This document shows positions 12,292 through 25,810 of a stretch of 64,000 nt of DNA, piece by piece. The stretch spans positions 682,001-746,000 of the forward strand of contig OZ024740.1 in the NCBI GenBank assembly GCA_964016885.1. Direction: 5' to 3'. Numbering within the stretch: the first letter of the stretch is position 1; every line of letters begins with the position of its first letter. The DNA is from Eledone cirrhosa. Lineage: Eukaryota. Made by a program: the position numbers and the translations under genes. Below the pieces are notes generated by a model. The model was not told the DNA's origin. It did not search any database and saw only the letters and a program-made list of their open reading frames with translations.

Positions 12292-12517
12292 GACCACTGG
12301 TCTGAGGAGTTCTTCAGTGTCGACTCCTCAGACTGACCACTGGTCTGGGGAGTTCTTCAGTGTCGACTCCTCAGACTGACCACTGGTCTGAGGAGTCCTT
12401 CAATGTTGACTCCTCAGACTGACCACTGGTCTGAGGAGTTCTTCTGTGTCGACTCCTCAGACTAGTGACCACTGGTCTGAGGAGTCCATCACTGTCGACT
12501 CTTCAGACTAGTGGTCA
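12292..12517. repeat. 43-nt self-complementary minisatellite, 5 copies
   Basis: Unit GACCACTGGTCTGAGGAGTTCTTCAGTGTCGACTCCTCAGACT with internal inverted repeat GTCTGAGGAGT/ACTCCTCAGAC. Confidence 0.9.
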
Positions 12518-12656
12518 TTAAATGCACCTAAAAAACCCAGATGTTAGTGGTAAACTATGTGACAAATTAAATCTACCATTCATATTTATTTGATGTCTGT
12601 CACCTGAGAGTTACAGCTACCTGTGTTGATCATGTTTGATTAACTGAGAAAGAGTA

Positions 12657-12935
12657 AAGAGCGGGTAATATTATAACTAAAGTATGTTGGATTACCTGAG
12701 GTAGACTGAGCAGGTAATATTATAACTAAACTATGTTGGATTACCTGAGGAAGACTGAGCAGGTAATATTATAACTAAACTATGTTGGATTACATGAGGA
12801 AGACTGAGCAGGTAATATTATAACTAAACTATGTTGGATTACCTGAGAAAGACTGAGCAGGTAATATTATAACTAAACTGTTAAATTACCTGAGAAAGTC
12901 TAATGAGCAAGTTCTATTATAACTAAGCTATATCT
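12657..12935. repeat. 49-nt minisatellite, ~5.5 copies
   Basis: Unit GAGCAGGTAATATTATAACTAAACTATGTTGGATTACCTGAGGAAGACT. Confidence 0.9.
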
Positions 12936-13420
12936 GAAAACTTATCAAATAGGTATCTATCTTACTAATGTAATTGGCTGTTTAATTAATTGATTTTTCA
13001 TTATTTTGTTGTGTTAAACACAAATACAATGATGCTTATTAGAATATTTCAAGCCAACCAGAGTCTCTATGTGGTTGTTCAACATGTTAAAAATAACAAC
13101 TGAATCTCCCTCAAATCATACATGCCATTTTAGAGAATAGATACCTTGGATAATGTAGTCCTTCGCATACAAAACTCTAAGATGGTCATGACTAGAATAC
13201 TTATGATCATATATTTGTTTGATAAAGGCAGACCTGGGGTTAAGCAACAGGCTAAGTGAAAAAAAACCTATAGATTTCATTAAAAATATTAAATATTTCA
13301 TTGTCAGCGTATATATTTCTATGGCTTATCATCACTCTCATCAAATGTTTAGCCAATCATGACTGTTCTAACACTAGAAATAGCAAGTGTTATGTTCTTT
13401 CTGATATTTTTCTGTTACAG

Positions 13421-13553
13421 ATCCTGGACAATAGCAGATGTTGAGGCTCTGGATACAGAATTTCACCAAAGTTTGTTGTGGATACAAGATACAGATATCA
13501 CTGAACATGATCTAGTCATGACATTCTCAGTGAATGAAGAGGTTTTCGGACAG
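13421..13553 (+). CDS. HECW2: HECW-type E3 ligase HECT exon ([22 protein letters not shown]...VNEEVFGQ)
   Basis: TTACAG acceptor, CAG|GTAACC donor; HECT N-lobe motif. Confidence 0.93.
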
Positions 13554-14294
13554 GTAACCCTTGTTATTTTTACTCCTTTCTTCATCAAAGTTCATCCCTG
13601 CCCTTCCCCTTATTTTCTGTTTTTACACTGTTTAATGAGGGAGGGAATGGCAGTCGTTTATGGCCCTTTTTAGGGTCATCGAGAGACTGTTTTGCTGAGA
13701 GAGGAAGCTATCTTCAAACACGAGACTTGGCCTGAGTGCTTGAAACAGAATAGACTTTACAAAAGACACCAATGTACTCAGCAGAAATTTCATGGATGCC
13801 TGACTTCATATTTTATCAACCTCGAATTGATGAAAGGCAAAGTTAAACAAATATTGTAAAGCTTTATAACATTCTAACAACTCTGCCAATTCACCTCAAA
13901 TTTATATCGACTTTTGTCAAATTGGACCGAGGAAACATTTCCATAGGGCTTTCCAATTGCTAATACTATCGGTCATAACTCCAGGTAGAAGGAGCAACCT
14001 GAAATAAAGTGTCTTGCTCAAGGACATTACGCATCATTCCGTCCGGGAATCAAACTCACAACCTCTCAGCTATGCGCCTTCACTTTATATATATATACAC
14101 GCACACATACACATTGTTATATTTGCAGAGTATCATATTGTTATAATATTGCCAGAAATAACAATAAAACACACTCGCTGTTTGGTTTGGGTTGGTTTTC
14201 GCCTCTGTATCTTTTATATCTCCATAGTTAATTTATCTGGCAATCAATGTTTATCATTGATTGACCAACAGTTAAAAATACAGATATAAATATA

Positions 14295-15136
14295 CTAGCT
14301 GACGTACCCAGCTTCGCCCGGATAAACAGATGATAAGAGAAGACAGGTAAAAGAGAAAATGACTGTATTGGATGTTTGTCTGGTTACAGTATGAGGCGAG
14401 TCCGTGGTGTCTGTGCGATACAAAAAACAGTAAAAAAAATCTTCCAGATATACCAGATTCTTCGTTGTACCGTTTGTGCATAGTATATGAACAATTCTAG
14501 GTGCTCCCACCTAGAATAGTGACCCTTAGGAGATGGTTCATCTTCTGCCTGACTGTAAAACGTGTATCATTGCATAGACGTGGTTGTTCCACATTTCTCA
14601 AAAGGATGATGGAAGTTCCAATCTTTTATATTATATGTAGATATAGATATAGATAATTAATATAAAAGATGATGCTCAGCCAGTTTATCTTCAACCATCG
14701 CAGCACGCCGTCGCTGCTTGGCTCCAGTGTTTCGTTGGCGTTGTTCAGCCAGTTCCTCTTCATTCATGGCGGCACATCTTTGCCTCTGAAGTTCGGCGTT
14801 CCGATGGCGCTGTTCAGCCCGTTTTTCTTCATTTCTGGCTGCACGCCGTTGCCGCTGTAGTTTACTGTTTGATAAAGTTGAATTGCTTTTACTTTCTGTG
14901 GAACGCTGCACACACGCACACACACATAAACATATGCGCACGTACATACACATGCACACATGGTAATAGTTACAGCGTTCACCTTGCTTCTCTGTTTCTT
15001 ACTCTCCCCTCTCACTCCCTCATTGGCATTATGCATATTAATTTGAGGTGGGCGGAGTCGTTTCAAACCTATGAACCAATGATAATCGAGAATTATGACA
15101 CACGGAATACTGACATTGTTGAAATTAATATATAGA
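14295..15136 (-). mobile_element. Non-autonomous Helitron, copy 1
   Basis: Minus strand starts A|TCTATATATTAA and ends CCGGGCGAAGCTGGG hairpin ...CTAG|T; near-identical copy at 55196-56052. Confidence 0.88.
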
Positions 15137-15399
15137 TATAGATATATATATATAGTCTATGAAAATTTTTTTGTCACACATCTGTGACATCATCAATGGT
15201 ACTATTCTGTTTCTTCCCATTGTATTGTAATGTCTACGCCATTTTTATTTTAGTTACTTATTTATTCTTGTCTTTGTTTTCTATTTGCTGTGTGTGTTCT
15301 TGTTTGAGTCTATTTGTGTTTGTATTCTATATTTGTTCACTAGTGTGTTTATGTGTGTTTGTTATTATTGTACTTGTGTACATACATATATATATATAT

Positions 15400-17770
15400 A
15401 ATACAAATCTACAAATCAAGCGAGCACATAAGCCAGATTGACTTTGCTAGTTATGCAGCGAGACAGACAGATGGTGTCAAATACTAAGGCATACCCTGGG
15501 GAACAATGTACCCCACATCATAGGTTAGTCGCTAGTGACAGCTCAGTAAGCAAGAGGCAAAATGAGACATACGGGAAAGTGTGGAAGTTAAAAGACTTTT
15601 CATTAAAATATAAATTTAGGAAAGCCCTTCAAGATGTGTATGATGAGAAAGAAGATGAATTAGAATTGTATGACATAGATGATAACTGGAATTTCTTACG
15701 TAACCACTTACTGCATGCAACTGAAGAAACTTGTGGCTGGAGCAAAGCTCCGACCAGACAGAGGATGACCTGGTGGTGGAACAATATGGTAGACAGCCAT
15801 TAGAGACAAAAGACTAGCATGGAATGCTTGGAAAAATGGTGGGTGTACAGACCGATACACAGCCATTAAGAGAGAAGCTAGACATCAGTTGTATTTAGCA
15901 CGCAGGGAAGCTGAGCGTAGGAGGTTTGCCAATGTTCTGCGATGGGAAGATCAGAGACGTGCAGTGTTCCGCATTGCAAGGCAGTGTGTCAGTGTAAATC
16001 AGGATGTTGCTGGAGATAAATGTGTCTGGAATGATGCCGGTGTACTTAGTGTCACGAATGATAAAAAAAAGGAGGCCTGGAAATATCATTATGAGAGACT
16101 AATGAATGTGGAGAACGAATGGGAGAGAGAGAAATTACCTTCAATAGATCCGACAGAGGGACCAGCTATTGAGATTGACGAATATAGGGTCCAAGAGGCG
16201 ATTAAGGAAATGTGAAATGGTAAGGCCGCTGGACTGTCAGGGATAGTTGCTGAGATGCTGAAGTCATCAGGAGAAGTAGGCACTAAACTAGTTGCATGCA
16301 TCATCAATCAAGCTATATATGGTGATGTCATACCCAAAGACTGGTGCAGCAGTGTTCTCATGAATTGCTACAAAGGTAATGGGGATGCTCTGGAGAGGAG
16401 CAATTATAGGGACATAAAACTGAAGGATCTGACTATGAAAGTGGCAGAAAGAATATTAACACAACTAATTAGAGAAAGGGTCAAACTAGATGAGATGCAG
16501 TTTGATTTTGTGCCTGGGAAAAGTACAACAGATGCCCTCTTCTTAGTGAGACAACTACAAGAGAGGTTCTTAGAGAAGAATAAGCCACTATACTTAGCTT
16601 TTGTTGACCTAGAGAAGGCCTTTGATAGGGTACCCCAATCAGTCATCTGGTGGTCCCTAAGGCAACTAGGTGTAGAGGAATGGCTTGTGAGGACAGTGCA
16701 AGCTATGTACAGAGGTGCTGTTAGTAAAGTGAAAGTAGGAATGGGGGAATTCCAGATACAAGTAGGAGTACATCAGGGTTCAGTCCTCAGCCCACTCTTG
16801 TTCATTATAGTCCTCCAAACCATAACAGAGGAGTTTAAGACTAGCTGTCCATGGGAACTTCTCTATGCTGAGGATCTGGTACTTATAACAGAATCAGTAG
16901 AGGAACTTGAGAATAAATTCTGGCTATGGAAACAGCAGTTGGAATTAAGAGGACTGAGAGTGAACCTAGCTAAGACAAAAGTGTTGTTAAGTAGAAAAGA
17001 GGGCAAAACTCTGATTCCATCAGGGAAATGGCCATGTTCGATATGTAGAAAAGGAACTGGCATAAATTGTAGAGTGGGATAGCGAGCAAACTAACAGGTA
17101 GGGAAAACTGTATGAAGTTGATGTACAGGGAAATTTGACAGCAGAAGTCGCATTGATAGACACATTTTTCAAATGCAGGTGGGTTCTATAGAAGTGGTTG
17201 ATAGCTTCCGGTAATTAGGTGATCAGCATGGGAGGGGGTGTTCCAAGGCCATAATGTCTAGAATAAGGACTGATTGGAAAAAGTTTAGGGAGCTACTTCC
17301 TCTGTTGACACAGAAGGGTTTCTCCTTGTGTATGAAAGGCCGGTTATATGATGCCTGTGTGAGATGCGTGATGCTGCAACAACTGCAGAGGATATGCGAC
17401 GGCTGGAGAGAAATGAGGCAAGCATGCTCCGTTGGATGTGCAATGTCAATGTGCATGAACAACCGAGCATGGATGTGTTGAGAGAGAAACTGTATAAGAG
17501 GGATAAGTTGTGGTGTGCGGGAGAGGAGACTGAGATGGTATGGACATGTGTTGCGCATGGAGGATGACCGTTGTGTAAAGAAGTGCCAAGAAATCCCAGT
17601 AGAAGGAAGACCACGAAAAACATGGCGGAGATGATGAGAGCAGACTTCAGATCACTGAAGTTCACGGAGAAGATGATAAAGAACCGTGACAAGTGGAGAG
17701 ATGCTGTGCTAAATAGGACCCGTCCAACCCTTGCAAGCAGGGAAAAGCGGACGTAAAATGATGATGATGA
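15400..17770 (+). mobile_element. RTE-clade LINE, 5'-truncated and degenerate
   Basis: RT motifs [29 protein letters not shown]; RTE C-terminus; (ATG)n tail. Confidence 0.92.
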
Positions 17771-17979
17771 TGCCTTAACCCTTAAGCATTTAAACTGGCC
17801 GTAACTGGCTGCTCATACCGATGTTAAGGTATTGTTCTCAAAAAAAATAATATCAAAATGTAGATTCGATATTATGTGAGATAAAGTGTTTACTGTGAAA
17901 ATACAATAGTAAATATAGAGTAATGTAAATATTAAAATGTTAAGGAATAACTTCACTACATCAAAATCCTTTCTTGCAG

Positions 17980-18126
17980 GTTACTGAAAGGGAGTTGAAG
18001 CCCAATGGAAAGAACATACCAGTAACTGAGAAAACTAAGAAAGAATACATAGAAAAAATGGTGAACTGGCGCTTAGAAAGGGGAGTAACAGAGCAAACAG
18101 AATGCCTAATTAAGGGTTTTTATGAG
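17980..18126 (+). CDS. HECW2: HECW-type E3 ligase HECT exon ([17 protein letters not shown]...IKGFYE)
   Basis: TTCTTGCAG acceptor, GAG|GTATGT donor, 49 codons. Confidence 0.94.
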
Positions 18127-18325
18127 GTATGTTGTTTACTACATGATGAGCAATGTTTTCTAATTATGTTCTGATTGGCTTGCTAGTACCAGTAATATAC
18201 TCATGTTCGTGTGTATGTGTGTTTATATATGTATGTTGGTGATACAACAAATAAGCACCCAGTCTCCCCTTGTAGGGTGGTCTTGCCGGTGACACAACAA
18301 AAAACACCTGATCCGCCCTGTAAAA

Positions 18326-20036
18326 TGGTCATGTAGGTGTCATAACACAAACCAGCCCACACTGTAAAGTGGTCATGTAGGTGTCACGACACAAACCACC
18401 CAGCCCCCACTATAAAGTGGTCATGTAGGTGTCATGATACAAACCACCCAGCCCCCACTATAAAGTGGTCATGTAGGTGTCAAAACACAAACTACCCAGC
18501 CCCCACTATAAAGTGGTCATGTAGGTGTCACGACACAAACCACCCAGCCCACACTGTAAATTGATCATGTAGGTGTCACAACACAAACCACCCAGCCCAC
18601 ACTATAAAGTGGTCATGTAGGTGTCATAACACAAACTACCCCGCCCCACTATAAAGTGGTCATGTAGGTGTCATAACCCAAACTACTCAGCCCCCACTAT
18701 AAAGTGGTCGTGTAGGTGTCACGACACAAACCACCCAGCCCCCACTATAAAGTCATGTAGGTGTCACGACACAAACCACCCAGCCCCCACTATAAAGTGG
18801 TCATGTAGGTGTCACAACACAAACCACCCAGCCCACACTATAAAGTGGTCATGTAGGTGTCATAACACAAACTACCCCGCCCCACTATAAAGTGGTCATG
18901 TAGGTGTCATAACCCAAACTACTCAGCCCCCACTATAAAGTGGTCGTGTAGGTGTCACGACACAAACCACCCAGCCCCCACTATAAAGTCATGTAGGTGT
19001 CACGACACAAACCACCCAGCCCCCACTATAAAGTGGTCATGTAGGTGTCACAACACAAACTACCCAGCCCATACTGTAAAGTGGTCATGTAGGTGTCACA
19101 ACACAAACTACCCAGCCCCCACTATAAAGTGGTCATGTAGGTGTCACGACACAAACCACTCAGCCCACACTGTAAAGTGGTCATGTAGGTGTCACAACAC
19201 AAACTACCCAGCCCCCACTATAAAGTGGTCATGTAGGTGTCACAACACAAACTACCCAGCCCCCACTATAAAGTGGTCATGTAGGTGTCACGACACAAAC
19301 CACTCAGCCCACACTGTAAAGTGGTCATGTAGGTGTCACGACACAAACTACCCAGCCTCCACTATAAAGTGGTCATGTAGGTGTCACGACAGAAACCACT
19401 CAGCCCACACTGTAAAGTGGTCATGTAGGTGTCACAACACAAACTACCCAGCCCCCACTATAAAGTGGTCATGTAGGTGTCACGACACAAACTACCCGTA
19501 CCACACTATAAAGTGGTCATGTAGGTGTCACGACATAAACCACCCAGCCCACACTATAAAGTGGTCATGTAGGTGTCATGATACAAACCACCCAGCCCAC
19601 ACTATAAAGTGGTCATGTAGGTGTCATAACACAAACCAGCCCACACTGTAAAGTGGTCATGTAGGTGTCACGACATAAACCACCCAGCCCACACTATAAA
19701 GTGGTCATGTAGGTGTCACGACATAAACCACCCAGCCCACACTATAAAGTGGTCATGTAGGTGTCATGATACAAACCACCCAGCCCACACTATAAAGTGG
19801 TCATGTAGGTGTCATGACACAAACCACCCAGCCCACACTATAAAGTGGTCATGTAGGTGTCATGATACAAACCACCCAGCCCACACTATAAAGTGGTCAT
19901 GTAGGTGTCATGATACAAACCACCCAGTACACACTGTAAAGTGGTCATGTAGGTGTCACGACATAAACCACCCAGCCCACACTATAAAGTGGTCATGTAG
20001 GTGTCACGACACAAACCACCCAGTACACACTGTAAA
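18326..20036. repeat. 48-nt minisatellite, ~35 copies, expanded from the SINE/RTE 3'UTR repeat
   Basis: Unit GTGGTCATGTAGGTGTCACGACACAAACCACCCAGCCCACACTATAAA; continues into the usual SINE/LINE tail to ~20185. Confidence 0.95.
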
Positions 20037-20250
20037 TGTGGTTGGCTTTAGGAAAGGCATCCAGCCAAAGAAACCAACCCCAAATCAGTGTATGAGTAAG
20101 ACATATTCATCTGACCTGGCCTATCTCACAACAGGACAACTCGTCTAACCCATACTAGAATGCAAAATGGACATTAAATGATGATATATATATACGCATA
20201 CACATTTATTTTGATTTACAAATGAGTAAACTCAAAAATAGCAATACAAT

Positions 20251-23200
20251 GATAAACCATGTCTAACACATTATTCCTTCTCTACAGGTGATAGACCATG
20301 TCTAACACACATTATTCCTTCTCTACAGGTGATAGACCATGTCTAACACACATTATTCCTTCTCTACAGGTGATAGACCATGTCTAACACACATTATTCC
20401 TTCTCTACAGGTGATAGACCATGTCTAACACACATTATTCCTTCTCTACAGGTGATAGACCATGTCTAACACACATTCCTTCTCTGCAGGTGATAGACCG
20501 TGTCTAACACACATTCCTTTTCTACAGGTGATAGACCGTGTCTAACACACATTCCTTCTCTACAGGTGATAGACCATGTCTAACACACATTATTCCTTCT
20601 CTACAGGTGATAGACCATGTCTAACACACATTCCTTCTCTACAGGTGATAGACCGTGTCTAACACACATTCCTTCTCTACAGGTGATAGACCATGTCTAA
20701 CACACATTATTCCTTCTCTACAGGCGATAGACCATGTCTAACACACATTCCTTCTCTACAGGTGACAGACCGTGTCTAACACACATTCCTTCTCTACAGG
20801 TGATAGACCATGTCTAACACACATTCCTTCTCTACAGGTGATAGACCATGTCTAACACACATTATTCCTTCTCTACAGGTGATAGACCATGTCTAACACA
20901 CATTCCTTCTCTACAGGTGACAGACCGTGTCTAACACACATTCCTTCTCTACAGGTGATAGACCATGTCTAACACACATTATTCCTTCTCTACAGGTGAT
21001 AAACCATGTCTAACACACATTCCTTCTCTACAGGTGATAGACCATGTCTAACACACATTCCTTCTCTACAGGTGATAGACCATGTCTAACACACATTATT
21101 CCTTCTCTACAGGTGATAGACCATGTCTAACACACATTCCTTCTCTACAGGTGACAGACCGTGTCTAACACACATTCCTTCTCTACAGGTGATAGACCAT
21201 GTCTAACACACATTATTCCTTCTCTACAGGTGATAGACCATGTCTAACACACATTCCTTCTCTACAGGTGATAGACCATGTCTAACACACATTCCTTCTC
21301 TACAGGTGATAAACCATGTCTAACACACATTCCTTCTCTACAGGTGATAGACCATGTCTAACACACATTCCTTCTCTACAGGTAATAGACCATGTCTAAC
21401 ACACATTATTCCTTCTCTACAGGTGATAAACCATGTCTAACACACATTCCTTCTCTACAGGTGATAGACCGTGTCTAACACACATTCCTTCTCTACAGGT
21501 GATAGACCATGTCTAACACACATTATTCCTTCTCTACAGGTGATAGACCATGTCTAACACACATTCCTTCTCTACAGGTGATAGACCATGTCTAACACAC
21601 ATTATTCCTTCTCTACAAGTGATAAACCATGTCTAACACACATTATTCCTTCTCTACAGGTGATAGACCATGTCTAACACACATTCCTTCTCTACAGGTG
21701 ATAGACCATGTCTAACACACATTCCTTCTCTACAGGTGATAGACCATGTCTAACACACATTATTCCTTCTCTACAGGTGATAGACCATGTCTAACACACA
21801 TTCCTTCTCTACAGGTGACAGACCGTGTCTAACACACATTCCTTCTCTACAGGCGATAAACCATGTCTAACACACATTCCTTCTCTACAGGTGACAGACC
21901 GTGTCTAACACACATTCCTTCTCTACAGGTGATAGACCATGTCTAACACACATTATTCCTTCTCTACAGGTGATAGACCATGTCTAACACACATTCCTTC
22001 TCTACAGGTGACAGACCGTGTCTAACACACATTCCTTCTCTACAGGTGATAGACCATGTCTAACACACATTATTCCTTCTCTACAGGTGATAAACCATGT
22101 CTAACACACATTCCTTCTCTACAGGTGATAGACCATGTCTAACACACATTCCTTCTCTACAGGTGATAGACCATGTCTAACACACATTATTCCTTCTCTA
22201 CAGGTGATAAACCATGTCTAACACACATTCCTTCTCTACAGGTGATAGACCATGTCTAACACACATTCCTTCTCTACAGGTGATAGACCATGTCTAACAC
22301 ACATTATTCCTTCTCTACAGGTGATAGACCATGTCTAACACACATTCCTTCTCTACAGGTGATAGACCATGTCTAACACACATTATTCCTTCTCTACAAG
22401 TGATAAACCATGTCTAACACACATTATTCCTTCTCTACAGGTGATAGACCATGTCTAACACACATTATTCCTTCTCTACAGGTGATAGACCATGTCTAAC
22501 ACACATTCCTTCTCTACAGGTGATAGACCATGTCTAACACACATTCCTTCTCTACAGGTGATAGACCATGTCTAACACACATTCCTTCTCTACAGGTGAT
22601 AGACCATGTCTAACACATTATTTCTTCTCTACAGGTGATAAACCATGTCTAACACATATTATTCCTTCTCTACAGGTGATAGACCATGTCTAACACACAT
22701 TATTCCTTCTCTACAGGTGATAGACCATGTCTAACACACATTCCTTCTCTACAGGTGACAGACCGTGTCTAACACACATTCCTTCTCTACAGGTGATAGA
22801 CCATGTCTAACACACATTATTCCTTCTCTACAGGTGATAGACCATGTCTAACACACATTCCTTCTCTACAGGTGATAGACCATGTCTAACACACATTCCT
22901 TCTCTACAGGTGATAAACCATGTCTAACACACATTCCTTCTCTACAGGTGATAGACCATGTCTAACACACATTCCTTCTCTACAGGTGATAGACCATGTC
23001 TAACACACATTATTCCTTCTCTACAGGTGATAAACCATGTCTAACACACATTCCTTCTCTACAGGTGATAGACCGTGTCTAACACACATTCCTTCTCTAC
23101 AGGTGATAGACCATGTCTAACACACATTATTCCTTCTCTACAGGTGATAGACCATGTCTAACACACATTCCTTCTCTACAGGTGATAGACCATGTCTAAC

Positions 23201-25810
23201 ACACATTATTCCTTCTCTACAGGTGATAGACCATGTCTAACACACATTCCTTCTCTACAGGTGATAAACCATGTCTAACACACATTCCTTCTCTACAGGT
23301 GATAGATCATGTCTAACACACATTATTCCTTCTCTACAGGTGATAGACCATGTCTAACACACATTCCTTCTCTACAGGTGACAGACCGTGTCTAACACAC
23401 ATTCCTTCTCTACAGGCGATAGACCATGTCTAACACACATTCCTTCTCTACAGGTGACAGACCGTGTCTAACACACATTCCTTCTCTACAGGTGATAGAC
23501 CATGTCTAACACACATTATTCCTTCTCTACAGGTGATAAACCATGTCTAACACACATTCCTTCTCTACAGGTGATAGACCATGTCTAACACACATTCCTT
23601 CTCTACAGGTGATAGACCATGTCTAACACACATTATTCCTTCTCTACAGGTGATAGACCATGTCTAACACACATTCCTTCTCTACAGGTGACAGACCGTG
23701 TCTAACACACATTCCTTCTCTACAGGTGATAGACCATGTCTAACACACATTATTCCTTCTCTACAGGTGATAAACCATGTCTAACACACATTCCTTCTCT
23801 ACAGGTGATAGACCATGTCTAACACACATTCCTTCTCTACAGGTGATAGACCATGTCTAACACACATTATTCCTTCTCTACAGGTGATAGACCATGTCTA
23901 ACACACATTCCTTCTCTACAGGTGATAGACCATGTCTAACACACATTATTCCTTCTCTACAAGTGATAAACCATGTCTAACACACATTATTCCTTCTCTA
24001 CAGGTGATAGACCATGTCTAACACACATTATTCCTTCTCTACAGGTGATAGACCATGTCTAACACACATTCCTTCTCTACAGGTGATAGACCATGTCTAA
24101 CACACATTCCTTCTCTACAGGTGATAGACCATGTCTAACACATATTATTTCTTCTCTACAGGTGATAGACCATGTCTAACACATATTATTTCTTCTCTAC
24201 AGGTGATAGACCATGTCTAACACACATTCCTTCTCTACAGGTGATAGACCATGTCTAACACATTATTTCTTCTCTACAGGTGATAGACCATGTCTAACAC
24301 ATATTATTCCTTCTCTACAGGTGATAGACCATGTCTAACACACATTATTCCTTCTCTACATTTGATAAACCATGTCTAACACACATTATTCCTTCTCTAC
24401 AGGTGATAGACCATGTCTAACACACATTATTCCTTCTCTACAGGTGATAGACCATGTCTAACACACATTCCTTCTCTACAGGTGATAGACCATGTCTAAC
24501 ACACATTCCTTCTCTACAGGTGATAGACCATGTCTAACACATATTATTTCTTCTCTACAGGTGATAGACCATGTCTAACACATATTATTTTTTCTCTACA
24601 GGTGATAGACCATGTCTAACACATATTATTCCTTCTCTACAGGTGATAGACCATGTCTAACACACATTCCTTCTCTACAGGTGATAAACCATGTCTAACA
24701 CACATTATTCCTTCTCTACAAGTGATAGACCATGTCTAACACATATTATTTCTTCTCTACAGGTGATAGACCATGTCTAACACATATTATTTCTTCTCTA
24801 CAGGGCGGTGGATTGGCAGTATCGGTAGAGGGTCGGACGCCATGCTTTCCAGCATAGTTACGTCCCTTTACGATCTGAGTTCAAATCCCGCCGAGGTTGA
24901 CTTTGCCTTTCATCCTTACGGGGTCGATAAAATAAAGTACCAGTAATGCACTGGGTAATTGCTGGCCTTGTGCCAAAAGTAGAAACAATTATTTCTTCTC
25001 TACAGGTGCTAGACCATGTCTAACACACATTCTTTCTCTACAGGTGATAAACCATGTCTAACACACATTATTCCTTCTCTACAGGTGATAGACCATGTCT
25101 AACACATATTATTTCTACTCTACAGGTGATAGACCATGTCTAACACACATTCCTTCTCTACAGGTGATAGACCATGTCTAACACACATTCTTTCTCTACA
25201 GGTGATAAACCATGTCTAACACACATTATTCCTTCTCTACAGGTGATAGACCATGTCTAACACATATTATTTCTTCTCTACAGGTGATAGACCATGTCTA
25301 ACACACATTCCTTCTCTACAGGTGATAGACCATGTCTAACACACATTATTCCTTCTCTACAGGTGATAGACCATGTCTAACACACATTCCTTCTCTACAG
25401 GTGATAGACCATGTCTAACACACATTATTCCTTCTCTACAGGTGATAGACCATGTCTAACACACATTCCTTCTCTACAGGTGATAGACCATGTCTAACAC
25501 ACATTCCTTCTCTACAGGTGATAAACCATGTCTAACACACATTATTCCTTCTCTACAGGTGATAGACCATGTCTAACACACATTATTCCTTCTCTACAGG
25601 TGATAGACCATGTCTAACACACATCATTCCTTCTCTACAGGTGATAGACCATGTCTAACACATATTCCTTCTCTACAGGTTATAGACCATGTCTAACACA
25701 CATTATTCCTTCTCTACAGGTGATAAACCATGTCTAACACACATTCCTTCTCTACAGGTGATAAACCATGTCTAACACACATTATTCCTTCTCTACAGGT
25801 GATTGACCAT
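20251..25810 (+). repeat. 38/41-nt minisatellite (~135-140 copies) consisting of the exon's 3' splice site
   Basis: Unit GTGATAGACCATGTCTAACACACAT(TAT)TCCTTCTCTACAG; the final copy runs straight into the exon GTGATTGACCATCGT. Confidence 0.97.
24804..24987 (+). mobile_element. tRNA-derived SINE (second family) inserted in the splice-site array
   Basis: 18-nt TSD ATTATTTCTTCTCTACAG (24786-24803 and 24988-25005); A box TGGCAGTATCGG, B box GAGTTCAAATCC; homolog at 59582-59800. Confidence 0.9.

Noticed and set aside
18326-25810. CRISPR array interpretation of the long repeat arrays (also 12292-12517)
   Set aside because: Units are head-to-tail with no unique spacers, there are no cas genes, and the context is a eukaryotic intron.
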